NCBI RefSeq assembly: GCF_964204865.1
Contig: NC_135262.1
Coordinates: 4,712,001-4,776,000, forward strand
Direction: 5' to 3'
Length of the DNA stretch: 64,000 nt
Origin: Styela clava
Taxonomy: Eukaryota
Position numbers and translations under genes: made by a program. The notes under the pieces were generated by a model. It saw only the letters and a program-made list of their open reading frames with translations. It did no database searches and was not told the origin of the DNA. Of this stretch, positions 1 to 12,336 are shown in pieces. Numbering within the stretch: position 1 is the first letter of the stretch; each line of letters begins with the position of its first letter.

Positions 1-443
1 CATTAAAACTATTCTGTTTACTTCTCATTCCACATGCTGTAAAGAGGTTGTAGCTTGGTTTATAATAAAATTATATGAGAATATAACAATCTGTTATATT
101 ATTATCATCTATTTATCAACTGCCTTAGAATAATCATACAGTTTGCAAAAATCAAATTCACCATAAAAAGGAATGTTGCTAATCCGCAACCATGTTGGAT
201 AATATCAACATCTATCAAAACCAGAAAATATCAGATTAAAATGCAAATAAACTAAAAAATATGAATAAAGTTGAATAAATCAAATAAACAAGTCTAACTG
301 ATTAAATGGAGAAAGTATGGGAACTTCAAGTAGAAACTAATGTATATAAGCATATATGGTAGACAATATATGCAAGACTAATAATGTTTATCTCTGTTGA
401 AACATTAAAATTTTCCTTCGGATACACAACATCATCTGTCAAC

Positions 444-2060
444 TCAATACAGTGGAATTCTTACTGCAACTGAGGCTGTAGACACAATCTCCATATCAGT
501 CAAGTCAGTCACTTTCTCCCATTGATTTTTATCAAAATTGTACTTTTCAATAGAATAAGGGCCAGATGTATGTCCAACAGCAAACAAGTTGTTGCTGACA
601 ACACAAAGGCTGAACTCATTTCTTGGAATTGTCATTGAAGAAAGATTTGTCCAATTATTATCATCTGGATTGAAAAATTCAGTACCGGTACTTGATATCC
701 CATTCCACCCACCAGCAACATAGATTCGATCATCATATACGGCTGCAGCAGGAGTTTGTCTGCCAACATTCATTGGTTTCACAGATGACCAAGATCCTAA
801 TGACGAAGAATATTTATCAATACTTTTGACTCTACCACTTCCTCCAATGACATAAATCTCATCTCTGAACGTAACTAATGCACTTTCAATGAGTTTGAAA
901 CCAGAACACTCAACATTCTCCCACTTGTTTTCATTGTTATTGTATCGCTCCATTGTGTTATTCCCACCAACATAAACGAAGTTGTTATGAACTGCAGCTC
1001 TAATATATTGTCCATGATCATTCATCATACTCTCCATCTCAGTCCAACTTGATTCGGCTTCATATACATTCACACGATAAACCTTTTTCCCTGGCAGAAG
1101 AACAAAAACAAATTTCTGCGAACAGACTGCAGTGTATTTGCCACTCAGCATGTTTTCATTGAGTTGTTTCAAATTATTGAATGTTTCCTCGACTGGACAA
1201 TACACTTGAACAGCTTTAAATTTCTTATCAAAAAGTAAAACACCTTCATCACAAAGAGGAGACGACGAACATACATCTACTTCCACATCTTTATTAAGTG
1301 ATTTATTAGACAAGAACAATAATTTCATGAATTCTGCAGAACTTGAGCAAAATGAATCATTTCTGGCTAAATATAGTCCATAAGTGGTGGAAATTTTGTC
1401 AATATTGAGCTTTTTAACCATTTCTATAAATTGCCCAGCTCGAGACTTAGTATCAGCTTTGATCCATTGCAGGAGTATTTTCAGTTTAGAATCTTCGGAA
1501 TAAGATGATTTGTGAGAAGTCGTTAGAAACACAACATATTCTTTATCAAGTTTGTTAAATTCCGCTTTTTTAGCTATTGATCCAAGATGGCCAACAGCAT
1601 ATTCATCACATGATTGTTCTAAACCCTTTAGATTGAACTTTACAGCGAGTTGTCGAATACCGAAGAATGATTTTGGTCCCAAACTCGCTTTGAGAAATTC
1701 TGTGATTTTCTCGCAAAATCTTGACAATTGCATGATATTTGCAGCATGGAGTAGTTGTTCACATTTCTCCAAAGTAATTAAAGCATTTCCAGTGTAAATG
1801 TAATCAATGCAAACTTTCACAGAATCGACATCAACTTCCTTCATATCAACAATCCCTGTGTTGCTTTCCAAATTATCATGAGACAACATCGCATCAAAAT
1901 AATCAGAACCAGCTGACATTACATTCTTATGAACTGGAAATTCTTCGTTTCCAACCTTGATTGTAAAATCAGAAAGTCGTTTTTCTTTCCTCATATCATC
2001 AAGCTTTTGCATCATCAAATTATTGTGTTCATTATCTTGAATTCCAAAATCAGCAGCCAT
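444..2060 (-). CDS. BTB-BACK-Kelch (KLHL-like) protein, subfamily A copy A1, intact single-exon ORF (538 aa)
   Basis: BTB (SDFTIKVGNEEFPVHKNVMSAGSDYFDAM...IDYIYTG), BACK (SEDSKLKILLQWIKAD) and Kelch repeats (IYVIGG...Y...W; IYVAGG...W) in one ORF. Confidence 0.93.
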   Translation of the reverse strand: MAADFGIQDNEHNNLMMQKLDDMRKEKRLSDFTIKVGNEEFPVHKNVMSAGSDYFDAMLSHDNLESNTGIVDMKEVDVDSVKVCIDYIYTGNALITLEKCEQLLHAANIMQLSRFCEKITEFLKASLGPKSFFGIRQLAVKFNLKGLEQSCDEYAVGHLGSIAKKAEFNKLDKEYVVFLTTSHKSSYSEDSKLKILLQWIKADTKSRAGQFIEMVKKLNIDKISTTYGLYLARNDSFCSSSAEFMKLLFLSNKSLNKDVEVDVCSSSPLCDEGVLLFDKKFKAVQVYCPVEETFNNLKQLNENMLSGKYTAVCSQKFVFVLLPGKKVYRVNVYEAESSWTEMESMMNDHGQYIRAAVHNNFVYVGGNNTMERYNNNENKWENVECSGFKLIESALVTFRDEIYVIGGSGRVKSIDKYSSSLGSWSSVKPMNVGRQTPAAAVYDDRIYVAGGWNGISSTGTEFFNPDDNNWTNLSSMTIPRNEFSLCVVSNNLFAVGHTSGPYSIEKYNFDKNQWEKVTDLTDMEIVSTASVAVRIPLY

Positions 2061-5000
2061 GTTGAATTTATTATGATAAGCAAGAGCGCTAAATATAATC
2101 TTTCTTAGCTGTAATAAATTAAATGTTGATCAAATATTTTTGTGCTCATTCACTAACTTAACATATTTTCCTATTTTCATAAACCCGGAATACAAATTGA
2201 AATAATGACTGAAATTTGTGTTTTCAAGAAAAAAAAAATTAAAATCAAGAAATACCTCATAAACAATAAAAACATTTAAACACAAAACCTGCATTTGTCA
2301 TAAAAATTATACCTGAGCTATAAAACTGAGAATGAAGTACATGCCGCTACTATTCAAAAAACGTCAGACTTTACATATTTGCTTGAATGGTAAAAGATTT
2401 ATCTAGTGACTAATCTGATAAACAGGGTATACGAATATCGAACACCTGCCCCACATATGAATTATTATTTTACAATGTTACTAAAAACAAGGCAAAAATA
2501 TATTGAAGCAAAATGAGTAGCTGAAATTTCAGGCCTTCAAACTCAGAACACCATGCCACCACATATATAGGACTTTTAAATCATTTGGCATTTCAGGTTC
2601 AGGTTGGCATTTTCTACCAAATATTCCCTGTCATAGCTTAACACAGACTTATTAGAATCGAAAAAGTCAATTCCATTTTGTACGTATAAGTCTACACAGA
2701 CTACAAAACCAAAATTATATCAGACAAAAGATTTCAGTACGACTGTTTACACATATAGTTACAAACAATACATTGCTATTTCGTCACTTTCTGAAAATTC
2801 TATACATACACCTACTGTTACTCAAGGAATACAAAAGGTTTTATAATTAAACACAAAGCAGTTTCTGAATCATATATAAAAAAAGAAAGTTGAATTAAAT
2901 TCTCACTCCAGATCTCAAAGAGTCTAATGTCTGACATTTACCCCAGTCCAAAACATCATGACATGTTTAATGATAAAAATCTTAAAACAATAATGCCTGA
3001 ACTACCTTTTCGAAACAAGACCTACAAATCATATTCTGTTACAGTCAATTGCATACATATCATAGAATTGTAAAACAATGGAAAGCCATGTGTGGTTCAA
3101 CTCAATGTCATACAAATGCAAAATGTCAACTTCAAGGCGATGCATTTGCACAAAATATCAATGAGAAGCAAATGAACATGATTTTTCAACAAAAGTTGCA
3201 AACAATAGAGGAGGCAAAATGTTTGAGATTTAGTCATTGGAAATACTTGATGAAAATGTTTGAATGAACCTTCAGCTAACGTTGCCTAAAAAATTATTTG
3301 TAAGAATATTCAAATAAAAATCAAGTTGTTCAGATTTAAATATTTTTAAAATTCCTGCTTTGCAACAAACCCAGACTAGTTGCTTGTTTCATAGTGTCTA
3401 AAATATCTTATGAAGGACATCATCCACCAATATCATTAAAACATGAATAAACCTACACATAGTTTTTAACAGGTCGAAGTTTACTTGCAACCTTTCAATT
3501 ATTATTCCCACTTTCGAGGGATGTGGAACTTTCTTTAAGCAATATATATGCTAAACAATATGGGTTAAAACATAAAAATATGGTTGAGAATGGTTAACCG
3601 GTTAATCAATTAACCGATTTTAGCTAATTAACGGTTACGATTGATTTTAACTGTTAAGTGACTCAGGTAAAAATCATCTTTAGGATGTACAATTTCTTCA
3701 ACAATGATTACGTCATTGCAAATTTATCTCCTGTGGCGTTTAATTCAAAAGAATATCATTAACTGTATTGATTAGGACCCAATGAATGGGAAAAATAATT
3801 GAAGTACCAAGGTTGCTGAATATCAAAATTTGAAAATGATAAATTCAGAATCAGTTTTCGGTCAAAATATATTGTTTTATATATTTTATTGAATGGAACT
3901 ATCACTATCCGTGAATAATTTTGAGCGATACTGGGATAAGATCACCATCACGCTAAATTGCTTTGGAGCCATAACAAGCTAAATTATAAATTATTATGTC
4001 AAAAGCTACGCTGCGGTTAACCGGTTCATTTTATTCGGTTAACGGTTAAAGTATTTTCCCTGAAATTCTCACACTACATACAGATAATCCTCTGGTCACC
4101 CTTTTTTAACTGAAGTTATTTCACAATATAGCACGATGAAATGCATTAACCTAACACGGTGATCTGTATCTAGCATATTGAATGTGACAAGCTAATCAAA
4201 AAATACATGAAAATAATAAAGTCACTGTATCAGAAAAAGAAGTATCATTTGAACAAATAAAGGAATGTTAATCACTGTGAATGCTCTTAATGTTATCAAT
4301 ATTTTTTATAAGTGTCTACATACACAAGTCGGTTGGACAATCAAGGGCTATAATGTTTCCTCTATGATGTGTGATTGAATATGAATGTTTATGAGCGCGT
4401 AATGCATTTAAAAACATCGATCTTCTGAAGCTTTTTGATAACTAAAACATGACTGGGTGGGTATCATCTTTAAACTACATTTACCTATGTGCACTACGCT
4501 TATCGCAATTTTAGTCTGCATAGAAAAGCCGAGAAGATTGATTGTCTACGAAACTTTAACATAAAATCACATAGATATGAGCTATTGAGGGTGAACAAAA
4601 ATCATACTTGGAGAAGCTATGGACACAATGAAATTGTTAAATCAGATAATTCAATGTAAACTAGCTGCATTTAAACACCTCAAAACAATTTCAACCATTA
4701 ATTAAAATAATATGCCACAATCAGAAATACCAACTCAATAAAGTGACTCATAGTGCCATTGTTCAATTTAGTGAATACAGACGCCCATATTGGAATGGAA
4801 AGATTCACGCAAACATTTCAAAATTAAAACTATTCCCAAAGCATTGAAACCTATATGTAATATTGTGAATCTTTCAAAACAAGTTTACAATAAATCCTGA
4901 TAGTTTTTATTAATATTTTGTCATTAAGGTTAATTTTTGTTTGATACTGCAGATTGTCTTTGATTGCCAATATCCACACCATGAAGTTCAATATTTCTTC

Positions 5001-5293
5001 AATATTCAAACACTATTTAAATAGCTTAACAGTATTTTAATATCTGTAATAGACAATATACAATGAAGAAATAGAAGATCATAATTCATTTGTTAGAATA
5101 CATGAAATCACAGCGGAAAAATACAAAATTTTACTGCATGAAATGAACTTTTACTTTTATCAGGTACATATAATGTTGTCAGTTTCAAATCCATGCTGGC
5201 CACTTCAACCTTGCAATAATAAAATTAAACAATACCAAAATTAGAAGATCTTAGTACTACTAAGTTAAGTAGATCACATTTAGGAATCATAAT

Positions 5294-5795
5294 TAGGGCT
5301 GGTAATTTGAGGGAAGACACTGTAACCGGTTAACTGCAGCGTGACGTTTCAAACAATAATTTGTAATTTAGGCTTGTTGCGTCATAATGGTCCCAAAGTA
5401 TATTCGCGCGATCTTAATCCGGCATCGCTCTAATTATTCACGAATCGAGGTAGTTTCATGATCGCTCTGCTGCAAGAGTGGTTCGGATATATGGAAGTAT
5501 TTTAGTAAAACCCGATCCCGATATTAAATGTCATTTATGTGACAAATTTTTAAGTGCTCGATGTGCAGATTCAACTTTAAGATATCATAAAGAAAAACAG
5601 CATCAACTGCGCACTTGTTGGATGACATTAAATATACCATTTTGCAATAAAATCTTGAACAATGTATTTCGACCTGAAACTGATTCTGATTTTATCATTG
5701 TCAAATGTTCATAATCAGCTATCTTAATACTCATCTTCATACAATTATTTGATTTATTTCTCACAACCAAATAACCGGTTAACTAATCCCAGTAG
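5294..5795 (+). mobile_element. Decayed hAT-like element with a BED zinc-finger remnant; related inverted copy at about 3590-4076
   Basis: SDIWKYFSKT / frameshift / IKCHLCDKFLSARCADSTLRYHKEKQH; TAACCGGTTAA subterminal motifs; interrupts a conserved intergenic module. Confidence 0.55.
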
Positions 5796-7111
5796 TAAAC
5801 ATAATCATTCGCATATCAAATTCACTGCATATATGGAAATAAAACACAAAAATCAGAATCACAAATTCAAGAAAATAGCATTAGAAAGTTAAAAGCTCAA
5901 ATAATATTGACAAATTTCAAATGAAATCGGTTTGTAGTTGCTACATATGGAGTATCAGGACTCAGCTATATATGAAAATATCAGGAACACAATGCCCATG
6001 TTTCCAGTTCAGGATATGAATACATAAGCAAGCTTTGTGTAATAATGTCTGATGAAAAAATTTTGAGCAAAAGTAATTCAGATTTGACCGCATATTTTAC
6101 TATGGTACATTTTCCCCAAGAAAATGACCTTTATGTATTTTTCTCTTCCAGCAGTTTCCCTGGCAGTGTAAATGGGAGTCATTTCACGTCTTGTGACAAC
6201 CCCCTATTTATTAACCTATCCGCAGGAAGGAATCATTTGTATATATCTGTCAGTAGTTGCTAATGAACTATCTTGCTTGTATTAAAAATATTAATCCGAT
6301 ATATCAATATCGGATAAACATACAGTATGAGACTATCCCTTCATCATAATAAAAATGAATGTTACAAATGCTGGATAATATCATCATCAATGAACTAGTA
6401 TTGTACACATTTTACAGTGAGAGAAAATAATGGATCGAAATAGAAAAAAATAATAATACCAGCACATGAAATGCTATGATACCATAATGATGACAATTTT
6501 TGAGCAAAAGTAAATAGGGTTTGAACACATGCTATGGTAGGTTTTTCTAAAGAACCTCCGTATGTGTAATTTTCTCTTCCAGTCATTTCCGTGACAGTGT
6601 AAATGGGAATCATTTCAAGTCTTGTGTCAACCTCTATTTATTGACCTATCTGCAGGAACAAAGAAATTTGTATTTAACCGTAAATAGTTGCCTTCGACTA
6701 TTCTGTGTCAATACCAATTCAACACACCGTAAAGGGGTTGGCGCTTGGCTTTGATTAAAAAAAAAATTATATTACAATCAGTTATAATATTATCATCTAT
6801 TTATCAACTGCTTGCTGACAATTATACAGTATGAGAATATCAATTTACCATAAAAAGGGATGTTACTGGTTGACAACCATATTAGATAATATCACCATCC
6901 ATCAAAAATATATTTCATTTATTTACATGGCAGAAAATTTTGGAATGAAATGGAAAAACAATAAAAATAGCACATCAGTAAAAGTTTGAATAAACGCGAA
7001 AGTTAAAAGTTGAGTTTCACAAACAAGTCTGACTGATAAACGGAATAAATTCTACAAACGGCAAGGAAAATATTACTAAACACAATTATCTCTGCTTTGT
7101 AAACAGTTTTT

Positions 7112-8734
7112 TCATAGACAGTCAAACCAATACAATGGGATTCTTATTGCAATTGAAGCGGTGGTCATAATCTCCATATCAGTCCAATTCTTCCATTGTT
7201 TTTCAGGATCATACTCTTTAATAGAATAAGGCTCAAACTCTATTTCAACAGCAAACAAGTTTTTATTCACAACACAAAGGCCGAATTTGTCTTGTGGAAT
7301 TGACATAGAAGCAACATTTGTCCAAGTATTATAAACTGGATTGAAGAATTCAGTACTTGATAAGTAAGATGACCCATTCCACCCACCAGCAACATAGATT
7401 CGATCATCATATACAGCCGCAGTAGGAGTTCGTCTGCCAACATTCATTAGTTTCACAGATGACCAAGATCCTATATGTGGAGAATATTTAGCAACTCTTT
7501 TACCTCTATTATAGCCTCCAATGACATAAATCTCATCTCCAAATGTAACTAATGCATTTTCATCGGGTTCGATAGTAGAACACGCAACATTCTCCCAATT
7601 GTTTCCATTGTTGTTGTATCGCTCCATTGTTTTCTTCCCACAAACATAAATGAAGTTGTTATGAACTACAGCTCTGATACATTGTCCATGCTCTTTCATC
7701 ATATTCTCCATCTCAGTCCAAGTTGATTGAGCTTCCCATGCACTGACACGATAAACCTTTCTGTTTGGTAAAAGAACAAAAACAAATTCCTGCAAACAAA
7801 CTGCGGTGTATTTGCCACACAGCATGTTTTCATTGAGTTGCTTCAACTTATTGAATGTTTCCTCGATTGGACAATACACTTGCAAAGATTTAGATTTCTT
7901 ATCAAAAAGCAAAACACCTTCATCATAAAAGGGAGAAGACGGACATACATTTACTTTTTCAATCTTATCACACGATTTATCGGCCAGGTACAATAATTTT
8001 ATGAATTCTAGAGACTTCGAGCAAAACGAATCATTTCTGGCTAAGCATGATCCATAACTGCTAGAAATTTTGTCAATTTGGAGCTTCTGAACCATTTTTA
8101 TAAAATACTCAGCTCGAGTTTCTACCTCAGCTTTGATCCATTGTAAAAGAACCGACAGTTTAGAATCTTCTGAATATGATGACCGTTTGTAGGTGATTAA
8201 AAACATAACATAATCTTTATCAAGTTTGTTGAATTCTACTTCTTCTGCTATTGATCCAAGATGGATAACACCATATTCATCACATGATTTTTCTAAGCCT
8301 TTCAAATTGAACTTTTCTGCGAGTTGTCTGACATAAAAGAATGATTTGGAACTCAAATTTTTTTTGAGAAACTCTGCGATTTTCTCGCAAAATCTTGACA
8401 ATTGCATGATATTTGCAGCATGGAGTAGTTGTTCACTTTCCTCCAAAGTAATTGAAGCATTTCCAGTGTAAATGTAATCAATGCAAACTTTCACAGAATC
8501 GACATCGACTTCCTTCATATCAACAATTCCTGTGTTGCTTTCCAAATTATCATGAGACAACATCGCATCAAAATAATCTGAACCGGCTGACATTACATTC
8601 TTATGAACTGAAAATTCTTCGTTTCCAACTTTGATTGTAAAATCAGAAAGTCGCTTTTCTTTCCTCATATCATGAAGCTTTTCCATCATTAAAGTATTGT
8701 GTTCATTATCTTGAATGCCGAAATCAGCAGCCAT
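7112..8734 (-). CDS. BTB-BACK-Kelch protein, copy A2 (540 aa); small in-frame deletion in the last blade and a 5-aa C-terminal read-through
   Basis: Close paralog of A1. It ends PLYWFDCL because the paralogous TGA reads TGG. The last blade is YDPEKQWKNWTDME versus YDLDENQWEKVTDLTDME. Confidence 0.9.
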   Translation of the reverse strand: MAADFGIQDNEHNTLMMEKLHDMRKEKRLSDFTIKVGNEEFSVHKNVMSAGSDYFDAMLSHDNLESNTGIVDMKEVDVDSVKVCIDYIYTGNASITLEESEQLLHAANIMQLSRFCEKIAEFLKKNLSSKSFFYVRQLAEKFNLKGLEKSCDEYGVIHLGSIAEEVEFNKLDKDYVMFLITYKRSSYSEDSKLSVLLQWIKAEVETRAEYFIKMVQKLQIDKISSSYGSCLARNDSFCSKSLEFIKLLYLADKSCDKIEKVNVCPSSPFYDEGVLLFDKKSKSLQVYCPIEETFNKLKQLNENMLCGKYTAVCLQEFVFVLLPNRKVYRVSAWEAQSTWTEMENMMKEHGQCIRAVVHNNFIYVCGKKTMERYNNNGNNWENVACSTIEPDENALVTFGDEIYVIGGYNRGKRVAKYSPHIGSWSSVKLMNVGRRTPTAAVYDDRIYVAGGWNGSSYLSSTEFFNPVYNTWTNVASMSIPQDKFGLCVVNKNLFAVEIEFEPYSIKEYDPEKQWKNWTDMEIMTTASIAIRIPLYWFDCL

Positions 8735-10722
8735 GTTAAACTTGATACAGTAAGCAAAATTATTAACTTTAATCTTATTTAGCTGTAATATGAAATGAAT
8801 ACATTTTCAATATTTTTGATTTTTATCTACACTAAATTATTACATTTCATTGTTTTATACTCACACACGGATATAAAGAACGGATAAACAGAAATTTATA
8901 TTTTAAAATAAATTTTTCCCAAGATTTAGTGCTTTGGAAACAAAATGAAACATCCAACACATAACTTGCTATGGCCAGAAGGTAATACATGATCTCGATA
9001 AATATGAATGAATGGGATGGCTGAGCTACTCGTAAAGTGAAGCTGTTTGGCATATTTACTTTAAATAATTGAATATTTATTTATTAAGTTGATATGTAAA
9101 CAAAGCCACCCAGGGAATAATAAATTCTAACTATATTTACAAAAAAAAGCTCTTTGTTCTGAGAATACAGTTCCAAATATTCTGAAAGCTTCTAGCAATC
9201 AAATAGCAGTCGACGAGTGGTTGGCGAAGCCTTATCGAGTCAAATCATATGGTCAGTCCCTACGGATAGGTATACGAGTATAATTCATTTTGTCTGATAC
9301 GAGTTCCTGCTCATTACTTTGTTATCACATGCTAAATATTTGGTACTCCTGAAGTATGTGTACCAAAATGGCGGACACCGGAATGTAGTACCGTATGTTT
9401 ACCAGGTTAGGGATAGGCCATAATTTTAGGTACAAATACTACGCGGGTCACTTCTCTATTCCACGAACTCGTGAAAGAATTAAAATAAGGAACATTGGAA
9501 AAATGCAAACATTCGAAATTAAAACTATTCAAATTAAAACCCAAATGTAAGTTTTCCGAATCTTTCCAATGTAAATTTACAATAAATCCCTTCTTTTTTT
9601 ATTAGTATTTTGTCATTAGATTAACGTTTTGTTTGAAACTGCAGATTGCCTCTGATCGCCAATATCCACATCATGAAGCTGATGTCGCGCTATATTTTTT
9701 TTGATATTTAAACACTATTTCGATAGGTTAACAGTATTTTAATATCTGTAATAAACAATATACAATACATTAATAGAAGATTATAACTCATTTGTTAGAA
9801 TACAAGAATTTACAACAAAAAATAATTTTTATTACATACAATGAACTTTCACCTTTATCGGGCACACATATACAATGTTGACAGGTTCAAAGCCATGCCC
9901 GCCATTTCAACTTGCTATAATAAAAATGGACAATACCAAACTTTGAAAAAATTGCACCACTAAAGTAAGTAGATCATTGGGCTCTTAGCTGGAGCCCTGC
10001 TCCGAGCTAAATATAAAAGCATCTCTTAAAAAGGCTAGATTCAACTTTTGCAACAAAATTTAAACTTATATTAGAAACTTCAGAAGATCAATAACTAATT
10101 TAGTAATCATTATCACGTGCATTGAATTTCTGTTGCATAAATAGTAATAAAACACAAAAACAAATTCAAGGAGAATATATTCCAGCTGTTTCCTTGACAG
10201 TGAAATTCGAATCATTTCAAGTCTTGTGTCAACCACTATTTATTAACATATTTGCAAAGAGGAGGAATTTGGATATAACTGCCAGTAGTTGCAATAAAAC
10301 TATTCTGTTTACTTCTCATTCCACATGCTATAAAGGGGTTGACACTTGGTTTGTATTGAAAATTTATTAGTATATAACAATCTGTTATATTATTATCATC
10401 TATTTAACAACTGCCTTAAATATTCATACAGTATGCGAAAATCAAATTCACCATAGAAAGTAATATTACTAATCCGCAACCATGTTGGATGATATCAACC
10501 TATATCAAAAACACAAAATATCAGATTAAAATGCAAATAAACTAAAATATATGAATAAATTAAATAAACAAGTCTAACTGATTAAACGGAGGAATTGTGG
10601 GAACTTCAAGTGGAAACTAATGTATAAAAGCATATATGGTAGATAATACATGCATGACTAATAATGTTTATCTCTGTTGAAACATTGAAATAGCCTTTTT
10701 ATACATAACATCTACAGTCAAC

Positions 10723-12336
10723 TCAATACAGTGGGATTCTTACTGCAGTTGAAGCAGCAGACATAATCTCCATATCAGTCAAATCAGTCACTTTCTTCCA
10801 TCGATTATTATCAAGATCGTATTTTTCAATAGAATAAGAGTCAGATCCATCTCCAACAGCAAACAAGTTGTTGCTGACAACACAAAGGCTGAAATCATCT
10901 CTTGGAATTGTCATAGAAGCCACATTTGTCCAAGTATTATCATCTGAATTGAAGAATTCGGTACTTGATAGATTGGAATCATTCCACCCACCAGCAACAA
11001 ATATTCGATCATCATATACAGCTACCCCAGGAGCTCGTCTGACAACATTCATTGGTTTCACAGATGACCAAGATCCTACAGATGGGGAATGTTTATCAAC
11101 TTTTTCACCTCTTTTAATGCCTCCAATAACATAAATCTCATCTTTAAATGTAACTAATGCACTTTCACTGGGTTTGATATTAGAACACTCAACATTCTCC
11201 CACATGTTCTCATTATTGTATCGCTCCATTGTGTTATTCCCACAAACATAAATGAAGCTGTTATATACTGCAGCTCTAATATATTGTCCATGATCATTCA
11301 TCATACTCTCCATCTCAGTCCAACTTGATTCGGCTTCCCACACATTGACACGATAAACCTTTTTTTCTGGCAGAAGAACAATAACAAATTTCTCCGAATA
11401 AACTACAGTGTACTTGCATTTTGGCAGAAAATCAATGCAGTATTTCAACTGTGTCAATTTTCTTTCAATTGGTTGATACAAGTTCATACATTTGGAGTTC
11501 ATATCAAAAAGCAAAATGCCTCTGTGAATGAGAGGAGAGTGTAAAGGGACTGTAACTTTTAGATTTTGATGAGGTGATTTATCAGCCAAGTACAATAGTT
11601 TCATAAATTCTGCACAACTTGAGCAAAATGAATCATTCATAGCTAAATATGATCCATAACTGGTAGAAATTTTGCCAATGTTGAGCATCTTCACAATTTG
11701 TAAAAAATATTCAGCTCGAGACTCAGTATCAGCTTTAATCCATTGTAGCAGAATCTCGAGTTTGGAATCTTCCGAATATGATGACTTATCATGAGTCAGC
11801 AAAAACTCAACATAATTCCTATCAAGCCGATTAAATTCTTCTTCTTTTGCTATTGATCCAAGATAAATAACAGCATATTTATCACATGATTCTTCTAAAT
11901 CTTGTAGATTGAATTTTACTGCGAGTTGTCGGATAATGAAAAATGATTTTGGTCCTAGATTCCCTTCGAGAAAATCTGCGATCTTCTCACAAAGTCTTGA
12001 CAATTGCATGATATTTGCAACATGGAGTAGTTGTTCACTTTTGTCCAAAGTAATTGAAGCATTTCCAGTGTAAATGTAATCAATGCAAACTTTCACAGAA
12101 TCGACATTGACTTCCTTCATATCAACAATTCCTGTGTTGCTTTCCAAATTATCATGCGACAACATCGCATCAAAATAATCTGAACCAGCTGACATTACAT
12201 TCTTGTGAACTGGAAAGTCTTCGTTTCCAACTTTGATTATAAAATCAGAAAGTCGCTTTTCTTTCCTCATATCATCAAGTTTTTGCATCATCAAAGTATT
12301 GTGTTCATTATCTTGGATGCCAAAATCAGCAGCCAT
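10723..12336 (-). CDS. BTB-BACK-Kelch protein, copy A3, intact (537 aa)
   Basis: Same architecture as A1; full ORF from MAADFG to RIPLY. Confidence 0.93.
   Translation of the reverse strand: MAADFGIQDNEHNTLMMQKLDDMRKEKRLSDFIIKVGNEDFPVHKNVMSAGSDYFDAMLSHDNLESNTGIVDMKEVNVDSVKVCIDYIYTGNASITLDKSEQLLHVANIMQLSRLCEKIADFLEGNLGPKSFFIIRQLAVKFNLQDLEESCDKYAVIYLGSIAKEEEFNRLDRNYVEFLLTHDKSSYSEDSKLEILLQWIKADTESRAEYFLQIVKMLNIGKISTSYGSYLAMNDSFCSSCAEFMKLLYLADKSPHQNLKVTVPLHSPLIHRGILLFDMNSKCMNLYQPIERKLTQLKYCIDFLPKCKYTVVYSEKFVIVLLPEKKVYRVNVWEAESSWTEMESMMNDHGQYIRAAVYNSFIYVCGNNTMERYNNENMWENVECSNIKPSESALVTFKDEIYVIGGIKRGEKVDKHSPSVGSWSSVKPMNVVRRAPGVAVYDDRIFVAGGWNDSNLSSTEFFNSDDNTWTNVASMTIPRDDFSLCVVSNNLFAVGDGSDSYSIEKYDLDNNRWKKVTDLTDMEIMSAASTAVRIPLY

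Noticed and set aside
1552-1797. Recurrent short + strand ORFs (1552, 8452, 10868, 15039, 22821, 32938, 35501, 39106, 50274, 53864, 61303 and others)
   Set aside because: They are antisense shadows of Kelch or LINE coding sequence and recur only because the sense genes are duplicated.
444-2060. Poxvirus-derived BTB-Kelch genes (similar size, intronless)
   Set aside because: There are no other viral genes and the spacers are host-TE rich. The architecture is shared with cellular KLHLs, and only a phylogeny could support a viral origin.
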